A DNA stretch of 64,000 nucleotides from an uncultured Candidatus Saccharibacteria bacterium (GCA_964623775.1 CAZUVH010000006.1:4256-68255), one strand, 5' to 3'. Shown: positions 1 through 14,024, counted from the stretch's first letter. Numbers and translations: made by a program. Notes: generated by a model from the letters alone, not told the origin.

Positions 1-947
1 CTCCGATGCTCAAAGAGGCGGTCCTTACACCAGAAGACACGCTCGGATTTCTTAAGGTCCTCATCAATTCAGACGTCTTAAAAAAATTCCTCGTCGATCA
101 GGAAGTTGATTTTGCATACGAGACAGAAGACAAATTCCGTTTCCGAGGTAATGCGTACTTCCAGCGCGGGACAATCGGCATCGCGCTGCGCCTCATCTTG
201 AAGAAGATCCGTACGGTCGCAGAACTCAATTTGCCGGATGTCCTCGCAAGTTTTGCGCGCAAATCTCAGGGATTTTTCCTCGTTGTCGGCCCGGTAGGGC
301 AGGGCAAGACCACGACACTCGCCGCACTCATCGATCTCATCAATACAGAACGCATGGAGCACATCGTGACGATCGAAGATCCGATCGAATACATTTTCGA
401 ACCCAAGCAATCGCTCATCGATCAGCGCGAAGTGCGTATCGATACCAAGGATTTCGCGACGGCGCTTGAGTCGGCTTTCCGCCAAGACATCGACGTCCTT
501 CTCGTGGGCGAAATGCGAGGGCAAGATACCATGGCTGCAGCCGTCACCGCCGCCGAGACCGGCCACCTCGTCTTTTCCACGCTCCACACAAACAACGCCG
601 CCCAGACAATCGACCGCATCATTGATACGTTCCCGGGGACGCAGCAAGACCAGATACGTCTTCAGCTCGCCTCCTCCCTTGCGGGGATCTTTTCCCAGCG
701 CCTCATTCCGCGCATTTCGGGCGGTCTCGTACCCGCGTATGAGCTTCTCATCAACAACAAAGCGGTCGCAAACCTCATCCGTGAGAAACGCACGCATGAG
801 ATCAATACCGTCATCGAGACGGGTTCTTCAGAAGGCATGATCGATATGAATCGCTCACTCGCCGAGCTCGTCGCGCGCGGAGAGGTCACGGTAGAAAATG
901 CGTACCAGTACTCACTCAATCCAAACGTGTTGAATAAATTGCTATGA
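1..947 (+). CDS. pilT: Twitching motility ATPase PilT, 5'-truncated by the window edge
   Basis: Walker A GPVGQGKTTT; HIVTIEDPIEY and GEMRGQDTMAAAVTAAETGHLVFSTLHT motifs typical of PilT/GspE-family retraction ATPases; the ORF runs off the window start. Confidence 0.85.
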   Translation, partial: PMLKEAVLTPEDTLGFLKVLINSDVLKKFLVDQEVDFAYETEDKFRFRGNAYFQRGTIGIALRLILKKIRTVAELNLPDVLASFARKSQGFFLVVGPVGQGKTTTLAALIDLINTERMEHIVTIEDPIEYIFEPKQSLIDQREVRIDTKDFATALESAFRQDIDVLLVGEMRGQDTMAAAVTAAETGHLVFSTLHTNNAAQTIDRIIDTFPGTQQDQIRLQLASSLAGIFSQRLIPRISGGLVPAYELLINNKAVANLIREKRTHEINTVIETGSSEGMIDMNRSLAELVARGEVTVENAYQYSLNPNVLNKLL

Positions 948-972
948 GCAAAGCGAATTACATGGTTTTCAA

Positions 973-1046
973 CCCAGCACCTTTCGCAAAAGGTGCTGGG
1001 CGTAAGTTATTTCTAAGCTCGCTCGTGCTCGCTAAGAAAAACTAAC
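973..1046 (+). promoter_or_regulatory. Hairpin (CCCAGCACC..GGTGCTGGG) plus conserved roughly 65-nt leader ending in CTAACATGGCTC, upstream of pilC; homologous to the leader upstream of ftsX
   Basis: 12-bp stem at 973..1000 followed by GTAAG..TTTCTAAGCTCG..CGCTAAGAA..CTAACATG, which is about 85% identical to 27611..27671. Confidence 0.4.
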
Positions 1047-2255
1047 ATGGCTCAATTTTCGTACAGTGCGCTCGACAACCAAGGGAATACGCGAGACGGC
1101 ACGATTGATGCCGTCAATATCGATATCGCGATCACCGCGCTCCAGCGTCGCGGGCTTGTTGTTGCCCAGATAAATCCCGTCGAGGCCGAGCACACGTTTA
1201 GAGAGCGCATCCCATTCCTCGACCGCATCACCAATGCCGACGTGGTCATGGTCTCTCGCCAAATCACGACGCTTTTCCAGGCTCAAGTCTCGGCGCTTCG
1301 CGCGTTCCGCTTGCTCGCGTCCGAGGCACGCACGCCGCAGCTGGGCGCACGCTTGAGCGAGATTGCCAATGACATCCAAAGCGGCAGCTCGATCTCAGCC
1401 GCGCTCTCTTCGCACTCCGAAATCTTCTCGCAGTTTTACGTCAACATGGTGCGCGCAGGTGAGGAGACCGGCAAGCTCGATGAGACCTTTGCCTACCTTG
1501 CCGATTACCTCGACCGCAACTACGAAATCACACAAAAGGCGAGAAATGCTCTCGTCTACCCGGCGTTCATCATCTTCACGTTCATTGTCGTCATGATCCT
1601 CATGCTCACACTCGTCATCCCGCGACTGGCGGACATGTTGACCGAGGTAGGGCAAGACATCCCAATCTATACAAAAATCGTCATCGGACTCTCGGAATTC
1701 TTGCGCCACTACTTCCTCCTCTTGTTTGCGGCCTTCGTAATCGGAGCCGGTATTCTCGTGCGCTACCTGCGCACTCCGGTTGGCCGCATCCTCTTTTCGC
1801 AGGCGCGATTGCAGACACCCGCTATTGGCAACATCTTCAAAAAGATTTTTCTCTCGCGTATGGCCGACAACCTCTCGACCATGCTCAAAAGCGGCATTCA
1901 GATCCTGCGCGGATTGGAAATCACTGCGTCGGTTGTGGAAGATCCTGTATATGAGGCGATTCTCCTTGAGGCCGCGACCGATGTGAAAGGGGGTATGCCA
2001 ATGTCCGATGCGCTCCGCAAACACCCGGAGATCCCTGGAATCATCACTGCGATGGTGAAAATCGGCGAGGAGACAGGAAATATGGCGGAAATCCTTGAGG
2101 TTATGGCGCGTTACTACCGCCGCGAGGTCAACAACGCCATAGATACGCTCGTGGAACTCATCGAGCCGTTCATCATCGTGCTTTTGGCCGTTGGCGTCGC
2201 CGTGCTCCTTGCATCCGTCCTCGTACCGATCTACAACATCGCTGCCTCTTTCTAA
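1047..2255 (+). CDS. pilC: Type IV pilus assembly platform protein PilC (GspF family)
   Basis: 402 aa, with paired T2SS-F-like domains and three membrane segments; lies between pilT and the pilin genes. Confidence 0.85.
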   Translation: MAQFSYSALDNQGNTRDGTIDAVNIDIAITALQRRGLVVAQINPVEAEHTFRERIPFLDRITNADVVMVSRQITTLFQAQVSALRAFRLLASEARTPQLGARLSEIANDIQSGSSISAALSSHSEIFSQFYVNMVRAGEETGKLDETFAYLADYLDRNYEITQKARNALVYPAFIIFTFIVVMILMLTLVIPRLADMLTEVGQDIPIYTKIVIGLSEFLRHYFLLLFAAFVIGAGILVRYLRTPVGRILFSQARLQTPAIGNIFKKIFLSRMADNLSTMLKSGIQILRGLEITASVVEDPVYEAILLEAATDVKGGMPMSDALRKHPEIPGIITAMVKIGEETGNMAEILEVMARYYRREVNNAIDTLVELIEPFIIVLLAVGVAVLLASVLVPIYNIAASF

Positions 2256-2368
2256 GAGGGCGATATCCACAGCGAGTCGTAGGGTGCCCGTAAGTGGGGT
2301 ATACAATAAAGCCACACGAAGACGTGTCTATTTATTAAGTGCATTAGCATTATTTATTTGTAACTATT

Positions 2369-2875
2369 ATGCAATTAGAACAGAAGCGCGGTTTCACCCT
2401 GATCGAACTCTTGGTGGTCATCGCAATCATCGGCCTTCTCGCATCAATCGTATTGGCCTCCCTTAACAGCGCCCGCAAAAAGAGCCGCGACGCCCGTCGT
2501 ATCGCAGACTTGAAGCAGCTCCAAAATGCGCTTGAGCTCTACGCCAACGACAACTCAGGTAATTATCCGAGTAACGCGACTACAGATGATGCTGGTGGTC
2601 AGACGGCCGCTACTGGTCTCGCAGCTCTCGTCACCGGAGGCTTCATCGCTGCAATCCCGGGCGATCCTCTTGGCGGTACTGTGATCTACTTGTACAAAAC
2701 TATTCCTTCTGGAAATACAACCGACAATGCGACCGGCTATTGCGTGGCCGCGAAGATAGAAGGCACAGCTCCGACACCATCGAGCACATGCCAGGGCGGT
2801 GCGACTCTCCTCGTGAGTGGCGACACCGATACGGGTGGATCAACTGTTGCCCCGAACTACGAAGTCGGTAACTAG
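2369..2875 (+). CDS. Type IV pilin (prepilin with N-terminal methylation motif)
   Basis: N-terminus KRGFTLIELLVVIAIIGLLASIVLASL is a class III signal peptide with the G-F-T-L-I-E cleavage/methylation site. Confidence 0.8.
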   Translation: MQLEQKRGFTLIELLVVIAIIGLLASIVLASLNSARKKSRDARRIADLKQLQNALELYANDNSGNYPSNATTDDAGGQTAATGLAALVTGGFIAAIPGDPLGGTVIYLYKTIPSGNTTDNATGYCVAAKIEGTAPTPSSTCQGGATLLVSGDTDTGGSTVAPNYEVGN

Positions 2876-2892
2876 TTTTCTCAGAAAACCTC

Positions 2893-3480
2893 ATGACACC
2901 AAAAACGTCAGAAAGGTTTTCACAGAACCACGCCCCCAAGGGGCGTGGTTCTGGGTTTAGTCTCATCGAGCTCCTCGTCGTGATCGCAATCATCGGTATC
3001 CTCTCCGCGATTGTCCTCTCATCACTCAGTGGTTCGCGCAAAAGGGGGCGCGACAGTCGTCGTGTTGCTGATGTCGCTCAGCTTAAGCTCGCGCTTGAGC
3101 TCTATTACGACGCGAATCAGCAGTATCCCACCGTGCTCTCATCGCTCACGGCGCCAGGATATATCCCCGCTATTCCAAAAGACCCGAAATCAAATCTTGA
3201 TTATGCATACGTAGCCCTCAAGGGCGCTTCGACCAATCCCGCGGTGTGCGCGAGCTATCACCTCGGGGCAAAGCTCGAGATAGACACAACAGCCAATTCC
3301 GGATCGCCGTTCCTCGATGACAAAGACGCCACCGTGGGCGGCACGTACGGTACGGGAGTGCAGAATGGCCCGGTATGTACAGGGAGTGCGTGGGCAGGGA
3401 ATACGGATATTGCCGCAAGCGCGAGCGATTTTGATGGCAGCAGCGACGCAACGAATCTCGTATACGACATGCGTCCGTAA
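2893..3480 (+). CDS. Type IV pilin paralog
   Basis: SGFSLIELLVVIAIIGILSAIVL prepilin motif; the RKRGRDSRRVADV..LELYY region is shared with the neighbouring pilins. Confidence 0.75.
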   Translation: MTPKTSERFSQNHAPKGRGSGFSLIELLVVIAIIGILSAIVLSSLSGSRKRGRDSRRVADVAQLKLALELYYDANQQYPTVLSSLTAPGYIPAIPKDPKSNLDYAYVALKGASTNPAVCASYHLGAKLEIDTTANSGSPFLDDKDATVGGTYGTGVQNGPVCTGSAWAGNTDIAASASDFDGSSDATNLVYDMRP

Positions 3481-3504
3481 TTTTCACAATTTATTTAATA
3501 CATC

Positions 3505-3999
3505 ATGAATACAGATTCACGGGGCCGAAAGGGTTTTACGCTCATTGAGCTCCTCGTTGTCATGGCGATCATTGGTCTTGCCGCAGCAGTAGTCCTCGCT
3601 TCTATGAGCGGTGCTCGTAAAAAGAGCCGCGACGCGAGGCGGCAAGCGGATCTCAAGCAGATTCACAATGCGCTTGAGCTCTACGTGAGCGACAACAAGA
3701 CATCCCCGACGACCGCCCAAGGGCTCGCCGTGCTCGCTCCGAATTTTATTGCAGCGATTCCTCCTGAACCACGTGGGGGATCGGGCGCATATGGATACGT
3801 GCAAGTAGGGGCAAGTGGGTACGTGATCGGGGCGATTATGGAGACAGTGGGGCAGGTGTCGCCACTCAACACCGATTACGATGGCGCTCAAAATAGCATG
3901 TCTATCAACGGTATCGCAGCAGGCGCGGGGAGTGCCGCAAATTGCAACGCGAATGCGGGCCTTGCGACGGAAGCTGTCTATTGCGAGTACTGGCCGTGA
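3505..3999 (+). CDS. Type IV pilin paralog
   Basis: KGFTLIELLVVMAIIGLAAAVVLAS prepilin motif; third tandem pilin. Confidence 0.75.
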   Translation: MNTDSRGRKGFTLIELLVVMAIIGLAAAVVLASMSGARKKSRDARRQADLKQIHNALELYVSDNKTSPTTAQGLAVLAPNFIAAIPPEPRGGSGAYGYVQVGASGYVIGAIMETVGQVSPLNTDYDGAQNSMSINGIAAGAGSAANCNANAGLATEAVYCEYWP

Positions 4000-4091
4000 T
4001 CGTTCGTCAGAAGTGTACACAAAGAACTCCGCAGGAGTTTTTTGTTTTTTGTGCGCATCCGGCTGGTAATCCACGCTATAATCGAGATCAC

Positions 4092-4892
4092 ATGCTCATG
4101 CTCGATATTGCGCTCCTGGGATTTGGTCTCATCATCGGAAGTTTTCTCAACGTATTGATTCTGCGGCACGGCGAGCGTTCTATCGGGGGGAGAAGTGCGT
4201 GCATGTCGTGCGGCCGCACACTGACATCCATGGATCTCATTCCTGTGCTCTCGTGGGTGATGCTCCGAGGGAAATGCCGCACCTGCAAAGCTCCGATTTC
4301 CATCCAGTATCCAATTGTGGAGGCCGCGACGGGCATCTGTTTTGTCGTTATTGGCAATGCGTTCTTTCAATATGGCTTCGAGATGTCGTGGCACTCACTG
4401 ATTGTTGTGCCGTACCTCGCCATCGTAGCGCTCCTCATCGCAATTACTGTGTACGACCTTCGTCACATGATTATTCCCGATGAGTGGGCGTATCTTTTTG
4501 CAGCGATCGCTTTCGTGACATCGCTTGTATCTATGGATTCAGGAGCGAGTGTCCTCGCGGTGATTTTGGGAGGACCGATCGCCGCATTTCCACTCTTTGC
4601 GCTGTGGTTTGTTTCAAGAGGGAGATGGATGGGGCTCGGAGATCCAAAGCTCGCGCTCGGTATTGGGTGGCTGCTCGGACCTTGGAACGGACTCATCGCC
4701 ATCTTCTTCGCATTTGTGATTGGTGCAGTCATCTCTCTTTGCGTTCTTATCCCCGTAAGTCGACTGCGACATGCAGGGGAACAGATTACAATTAAAAGTG
4801 AGGTGCCGTTTGGTCCCTTTCTTGTCGCGAGCACGGCTCTGGTATGGCTCATGACGATGTATGGGATCCCGCTCCCTCTCTTTACATGGTAA
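4092..4892 (+). CDS. pilD: Prepilin peptidase / N-methyltransferase (A24 family)
   Basis: Start taken at ATG 4092 (MLMLDIALLGF). Zn-binding CxxC..CxxC (CMSCGRTL..CRTCKAP) and a multi-TM body typical of PilD. Confidence 0.8.
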   Translation: MLMLDIALLGFGLIIGSFLNVLILRHGERSIGGRSACMSCGRTLTSMDLIPVLSWVMLRGKCRTCKAPISIQYPIVEAATGICFVVIGNAFFQYGFEMSWHSLIVVPYLAIVALLIAITVYDLRHMIIPDEWAYLFAAIAFVTSLVSMDSGASVLAVILGGPIAAFPLFALWFVSRGRWMGLGDPKLALGIGWLLGPWNGLIAIFFAFVIGAVISLCVLIPVSRLRHAGEQITIKSEVPFGPFLVASTALVWLMTMYGIPLPLFTW

Positions 4893-5530
4893 AAAAGGTA
4901 CCGAAAAGTACATCCACTGGGTTTACCCTCATAGAAATGCTCGTCGTCGTCGGGGTTATCGTCGTCGTGACGTCGGTCGTGCTCGCCAATAATTCAAGAT
5001 TCGGCGGTACCGTTTTGCTTCAAAATCTCGCCTACGATATCGCGCTCTCAAGCCGCGAGACACAAATCTACGGCGTGTCGGTAACGCGCTTCCAGACGTC
5101 GTTTACGGCCTCGTTTGGCATACACTTCGACGTATCGACACCCGCCTCCTCCAAGGTGTACACCGTTTTTGCCGACGCCGCGGCGACCGGTGCGGACAAC
5201 GGCCACTACGATTGCGTGGCGCCAGGGACGAGCGACTGCGAGATCGTACAAGCCACCAATATCACCCGTGGGTACTATATCTCTGAGGTGTGCATCACGG
5301 GCTCCGGCGCCGAAGATTGTACGAATAAAGTACTCGACGTCATCTACAAACACCCCGAGCCCGATGCCTACATATATGCGTGCCCGACGACGTCCACATG
5401 CGGCTCTCCGGGGACACAGTATCAGCGCGCGAGAGTCGTCGTCGCGTCTCCGCGCGGCGATACGATGAATATCTGCATAGATCTCAATGGACAGATTTCC
5501 ATACATGCCGGCAGTTCCTGCACATATTAA
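4886..5530 (+). CDS. Pseudopilin / minor pilin
   Basis: Start at ATG 4886 (MVKKVPKSTSTGFTLIEMLVVVGVIVVV); its 5' end overlaps the pilD stop. Confidence 0.7.
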   Translation: MVKKVPKSTSTGFTLIEMLVVVGVIVVVTSVVLANNSRFGGTVLLQNLAYDIALSSRETQIYGVSVTRFQTSFTASFGIHFDVSTPASSKVYTVFADAAATGADNGHYDCVAPGTSDCEIVQATNITRGYYISEVCITGSGAEDCTNKVLDVIYKHPEPDAYIYACPTTSTCGSPGTQYQRARVVVASPRGDTMNICIDLNGQISIHAGSSCTY

Positions 5531-5536
5531 TACGGT

Positions 5537-6187
5537 ATGGAGTACAGAGTAGAGAGTATGGAGCAAGAGAAAACACATCACGGTGTGCCTTTACGCCATA
5601 CGCGAAACTCTGAGCGCGGCTTTACGCTCATTGAAATGATCGTCGCTGTCGGACTCTTTGCGGTCGTGATGGTTATTTGTGTGTCGACGCTCTTTGCACT
5701 CGTCAATGCGAATCGAAAAGCGCAGGCGCTCCAATCCGTCATGAACAACCTCGACATCGCACTCGACGGCATGGCGAGGGCCATACGCGAGGGAAGTCAC
5801 TATCACTGCGGAAGTGCAGGAGATCCCACCGCGACACGGGATTGCGCCACAGGCGACACGTTGTTCCAATTCGAGCGCTATGGCGGTAATACGAGCGTGT
5901 TTACCGACCAGTGGTACTACGTATACGACTCCGACGGATCTGTCTGTGGGAGCAAAAGAATCTGTAAGTCGGAGCAGGGTGGTGCAGCCGGTACGTTCTA
6001 TCCGCTCACGGCGCCGGAGGTCACGATCGATGCCATGACGTTCTACACGATCGGCACGACGCGCACCGATACGGTGCAGCCGAAAGTCGTCATAGTGATC
6101 AAGGGCACAGCCGCTCCCGCAAACGCAAAGACAAAGAGCACATTCCACATCCAGGCAGCTGCGACGCAGCGACTCATTGATCTATGA
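5537..6187 (+). CDS. Pseudopilin / minor pilin
   Basis: RGFTLIEMIVAVGLFAVVMV motif after a roughly 27-aa leader. Confidence 0.65.
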   Translation: MEYRVESMEQEKTHHGVPLRHTRNSERGFTLIEMIVAVGLFAVVMVICVSTLFALVNANRKAQALQSVMNNLDIALDGMARAIREGSHYHCGSAGDPTATRDCATGDTLFQFERYGGNTSVFTDQWYYVYDSDGSVCGSKRICKSEQGGAAGTFYPLTAPEVTIDAMTFYTIGTTRTDTVQPKVVIVIKGTAAPANAKTKSTFHIQAAATQRLIDL

Positions 6188-7155
6188 TTAAACGTATAGC
6201 GTACAGTGTATGGCGTATGGCGGGAAAAATACAATCCCGCATAGAGAGCACTCGCGCCACTCCCTCCATACTCAATACCCCATACTCTATACGTTCTGGG
6301 TTTACTCTCGTCGAGACGCTCGTCGCGATTTCACTGCTCTCGATCGCAATCGTAGCGCCGATGTCGCTCACGACGCAAAGCCTCGTCGGTGCCTATTACG
6401 CACGCGACCAGGTCACCGCGTTTTTCCTTGCACAAGAGGCGATCGAAGCGGTGCGCAGCGCGCGCGATGCCAACGTGCTCGCGACCGCACTCGGTACGCC
6501 GACGGACCTCATGACAGGCATCCCTTCCTCTGGCGCAGCCTTTACGGTTGATGCGCACACCGTACCAGTGACGATGTCGCTTTGCTCTGGCACCTGCGCG
6601 CCCTTACAGACCGACGGCGAATTCTACGGATACCAGAGCGGATGGTCCGATACGAATTTCACGCGCTACGTCACCGCCACCTATGTGCCAGGGACGAGTA
6701 ACAACGAGATCGAAATATCCGCAACCGTCGTGTGGCAGACTGCCGCATACGAGCCGCGCACATTCACGCTCAAGGCAAATTTGTATCGATGGGTTTTTGA
6801 TTCGAGTGCGGTGACGGTTGAGGAAGGGAGCACTCCGCCACCCGCCGTGACAAATCTCACTGTCTCGTGTCCATCTCCGGGCACGTCTGCTGCCATCAAC
6901 TGGGCGGCGTCTCCAGGCGCGACCTCGTACGGCGTAAATGTAAACAACGACACAAATCCATGGGCGCCTGTCCGCTGCGACGGTACAATCAATGACGGCA
7001 ACACCAACGATCTTTGCTGGGCCGAGGTGGCTTCCCCCGCATACACATTTCCCTTCGGGATAGCGGGGACGGGTTACTGGGTCACTGTTTATGCAGAAAA
7101 TTCTAATGGGATCTCGCCTGTAAGTCAGGTAGTGAATTTCACGTGCGCATCATAG
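6184..7155 (+). CDS. Pseudopilin with a C-terminal fibronectin-III-like domain
   Basis: SGFTLVETLVAISLLSIAIV motif; C-terminus PPAVTNLTVSCPSPGTSAAINWAASPGATSYGVNVNN..WVTVYAENSNGISP resembles an FN3 fold. Confidence 0.6.
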   Translation: MIKRIAYSVWRMAGKIQSRIESTRATPSILNTPYSIRSGFTLVETLVAISLLSIAIVAPMSLTTQSLVGAYYARDQVTAFFLAQEAIEAVRSARDANVLATALGTPTDLMTGIPSSGAAFTVDAHTVPVTMSLCSGTCAPLQTDGEFYGYQSGWSDTNFTRYVTATYVPGTSNNEIEISATVVWQTAAYEPRTFTLKANLYRWVFDSSAVTVEEGSTPPPAVTNLTVSCPSPGTSAAINWAASPGATSYGVNVNNDTNPWAPVRCDGTINDGNTNDLCWAEVASPAYTFPFGIAGTGYWVTVYAENSNGISPVSQVVNFTCAS

Positions 7156-7164
7156 TCATCGTTT

Positions 7165-11412
<4,248 letters not shown>

Positions 11413-11413
11413 T

Positions 11414-12847
11414 ATGGATCTCAAGAAACTCACGGTAGCGCAGGCACGTCGGGATTTGGATGCAAAAAAATACTCTTCGCTCGATCTCACCAATGCGTAT
11501 TTGAAGCAGATTGCCGAAAAGGATGGCGATATCCATGCGTATCTGGAAGTGTGGGGAGATTCCGCGCGAGCGGAGGCAAAAGCGGCGGACGAGCGTATTG
11601 CGCGCGGAGAATCGGCACCGCTTCTGGGCATTCCCGTTGCGATGAAAGACAATATTTTGATTCATGGCCGCCATGCGAGTAGTGCCTCGAAAATTCTCGA
11701 GAATTATGTCGCGTCGTACGACGCGACCGTCGTGAAGAAATTGAAGGCGCAGGGTGCCGTCTTCCTCGGTCGCACCAACATGGACGAATTCGCGATGGGA
11801 AGCTCCACCGAGAACTCTGCATTTGGCCCGACGAAAAATCCTATCGACACAGAGCGCGTCCCCGGAGGATCGTCCGGCGGCTCCGCCGCTGCACTCGCGG
11901 CAGATATGGCACTCGCTTCCTACGGCTCCGACACCGGTGGCTCTATTCGTCAGCCGGCAGCACACTGCGGACTCATCGGGCTCAAGCCCACCTATGGCGC
12001 AGTGTCCCGCTTCGGGCTCATGGCGATGGGCTCCTCGCTCGATCAGATTGGACCCTTTGGCAAAACGATCGAAGACGTGCGCATCCTCTTTGATGCTGTT
12101 GCCGGGCATGATCCGCACGATGGGACGTCGCTGCCGGATAATACGAAGTCCGCCCAAGGCGGATCGGCCTTGGGCCGAAAGCCGAAAGTGATCGGCGTGC
12201 CGCGCGCATTTCTAAAGAGTGGAGTCGACCCCGACCTCTTGAAAATATTCGAGCAACGCTTGGAGGATTTGAAAGGGAAGGGCTACGAGATCCGCGATAT
12301 CGAGATGCCGACACTGCCGTATGGACTTGCCGTGTACTATATCGTGATGCCTGCAGAGGTCTCCACAAATCTCGCGAGATACGACGGCATTCGCTACGGA
12401 CTCTCGATCCCAGCAGAGACGATCGGCGATGTGTATGGAAAAAGTCGCGGAGCTGGATTCGGCGCCGAGGTCCGTCGTCGTATCATCCTCGGCACCTACG
12501 TTCTCTCAGCGGGATATGCCGATGCCTACTATCGAAAGGCGCGAGCCGTGCGAGCGACGATTCGCGACGAGTTTGCGAGCGCTTTCAAGGAGGTTGATGC
12601 GATTGCAGTTCCCACGACGCCATCGCCCGCATTCAAGATTGGGGAGAAAGCGGCAGATCCGCTCGCGATGTATGCAGAAGACATTTTTTCAGTCCCCGTG
12701 AATCTCGCGGGCGTGCCTGCAATCTCGATTCCGATGGGGTACGTAGAAAGGGAAGGCAAGCAGCTGCCAGTCGGATTTCAAATCATCGCGCCGCACAGCG
12801 CGGAAGAAACATTGTTCACGATTGGAGCCGAGATTGAGTCAAAGTGA
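11414..12847 (+). CDS. gatA: Asp-tRNA(Asn)/Glu-tRNA(Gln) amidotransferase subunit A (amidase)
   Basis: Start at ATG 11414 (MDLKKLTVAQARRDL); amidase signature GGSSGGSAAALA..GSDTGGSIRQPA. Confidence 0.9.
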   Translation: MDLKKLTVAQARRDLDAKKYSSLDLTNAYLKQIAEKDGDIHAYLEVWGDSARAEAKAADERIARGESAPLLGIPVAMKDNILIHGRHASSASKILENYVASYDATVVKKLKAQGAVFLGRTNMDEFAMGSSTENSAFGPTKNPIDTERVPGGSSGGSAAALAADMALASYGSDTGGSIRQPAAHCGLIGLKPTYGAVSRFGLMAMGSSLDQIGPFGKTIEDVRILFDAVAGHDPHDGTSLPDNTKSAQGGSALGRKPKVIGVPRAFLKSGVDPDLLKIFEQRLEDLKGKGYEIRDIEMPTLPYGLAVYYIVMPAEVSTNLARYDGIRYGLSIPAETIGDVYGKSRGAGFGAEVRRRIILGTYVLSAGYADAYYRKARAVRATIRDEFASAFKEVDAIAVPTTPSPAFKIGEKAADPLAMYAEDIFSVPVNLAGVPAISIPMGYVEREGKQLPVGFQIIAPHSAEETLFTIGAEIESK

Positions 12848-12862
12848 CCTTATAATGGAGTA

Positions 12863-13567
12863 ATGGAAGGAGATCCCACGATCGGCAGTACGCTCGGCTG
12901 GTTTGCGTGGTTTTTGGGTGATGTGGCATTCAAATGGATACCGGCGACCGTTATCGCACTTACACAAGTCGGCGACAGTGGCCTGGGGACGCCGCCGCCC
13001 CTGCAACCCATCACTGCACCAGTCACCACATCAGATGTCGCCAATTACCTGGCTCAGTCCTCGGACCCGAGGATCTACGACGTTTTGTATCACAGCTGGA
13101 GCACGTACACTTCTTTCATCACGATCGTCTGCCTCGCACTTGCCGGCGTATTGATCTACTCGATTATCCGCATACGACAGATCAGACACATGGAGCACCA
13201 GAAATTCATGACGACCGCACATACGGTGGTGTCGCGAGATTTGCCGAAGACACAGCTTCGCTGGAATCATATTTTGGAGCAAGTAGGCTCGGATTCAGAA
13301 CAGAATTGGCGACTCGCAGTCCTCGAAGCAGATATTATGCTCAACGAGCTTTTGGATATGCAGGGGTACAAGGGTGAGACGATGGGCGACAAGATGCGTC
13401 AGGTGGATCGCTCAAGCTTCAATACGATCGATATCGCGTGGGAGGCCCACCGCGTACGCAACAGGATCGCGCATGAAGGCATGTCGCACTTTATGAATGC
13501 GCGCGAAGTGCGGCGTGTGATCGGACTCTACGAACGTGTCTTCAGGGAATTTCGCATCATTCAGTAG
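12863..13567 (+). CDS. Hypothetical membrane-anchored protein with a C-terminal HEPN-like (Rx4H) motif
   Basis: One TM helix (FITIVCLALAGVLIYSIIRI); the C-terminal domain contains WEAHRVRNRIAHEG, matching an RN(x)3H HEPN-type motif. Confidence 0.45.
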   Translation: MEGDPTIGSTLGWFAWFLGDVAFKWIPATVIALTQVGDSGLGTPPPLQPITAPVTTSDVANYLAQSSDPRIYDVLYHSWSTYTSFITIVCLALAGVLIYSIIRIRQIRHMEHQKFMTTAHTVVSRDLPKTQLRWNHILEQVGSDSEQNWRLAVLEADIMLNELLDMQGYKGETMGDKMRQVDRSSFNTIDIAWEAHRVRNRIAHEGMSHFMNAREVRRVIGLYERVFREFRIIQ

Positions 13568-13637
13568 CCGGAAATAATACTTTGACATTTCAGAAATAGA
13601 AAGTTAGGGTGCTACAAGTTGAACAAGGGAGGTAATA

Positions 13638-14024
13638 ATGGCGTATGACAGTGACGGATTTAGTTCGTACATTGTGCGTGGCGGCAAGAGAGAGTTCATC
13701 AACCCCGAAAAAGCCAGTATGAAGATGGGGGATGACGAAGTCTTCCGATTCGACGGCAAGAGCGGACTTCTGGAACTCTCGATGAGTCAGGTCGACATCG
13801 ACTTCCTGATCAAGGGATACGGTGGATTACCCATCGTACAAATGCAGGTGCCAGCGCCATTCGAGCAGCCAATCGTTCAGAATGTAAAAGAGATACGGCC
13901 ACTTCCGAAAAAGGACGGCACGTTCTTGATGACTTTTTCTTCGGAAGAACCTGAAAAATCTCAAGCGGCTCAAGCTGCACAGCGGCCTGCCCGCCGCGGA
14001 TGGTTACGCAGAATCTTTGGTTGA
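13638..14024 (+). CDS. Hypothetical protein (128 aa)
   Basis: Clean ORF with an upstream AGGGAGG-like ribosome-binding site; no recognisable family. Confidence 0.4.
   Translation: MAYDSDGFSSYIVRGGKREFINPEKASMKMGDDEVFRFDGKSGLLELSMSQVDIDFLIKGYGGLPIVQMQVPAPFEQPIVQNVKEIRPLPKKDGTFLMTFSSEEPEKSQAAQAAQRPARRGWLRRIFG

Noticed and set aside
1395-2315. 306-aa antisense ORF inside pilC, and similar long antisense ORFs at 9773..10864 inside ligA, 27741..28463 inside ftsX, 40087..40743 inside the helicase, 56424..57119 inside the metzincin gene, and 5591..6148
   Set aside because: Each is fully contained in a well-supported gene on the other strand and has a GC-rich, Arg/Asp-heavy composition with no motifs; these are typical shadow ORFs.
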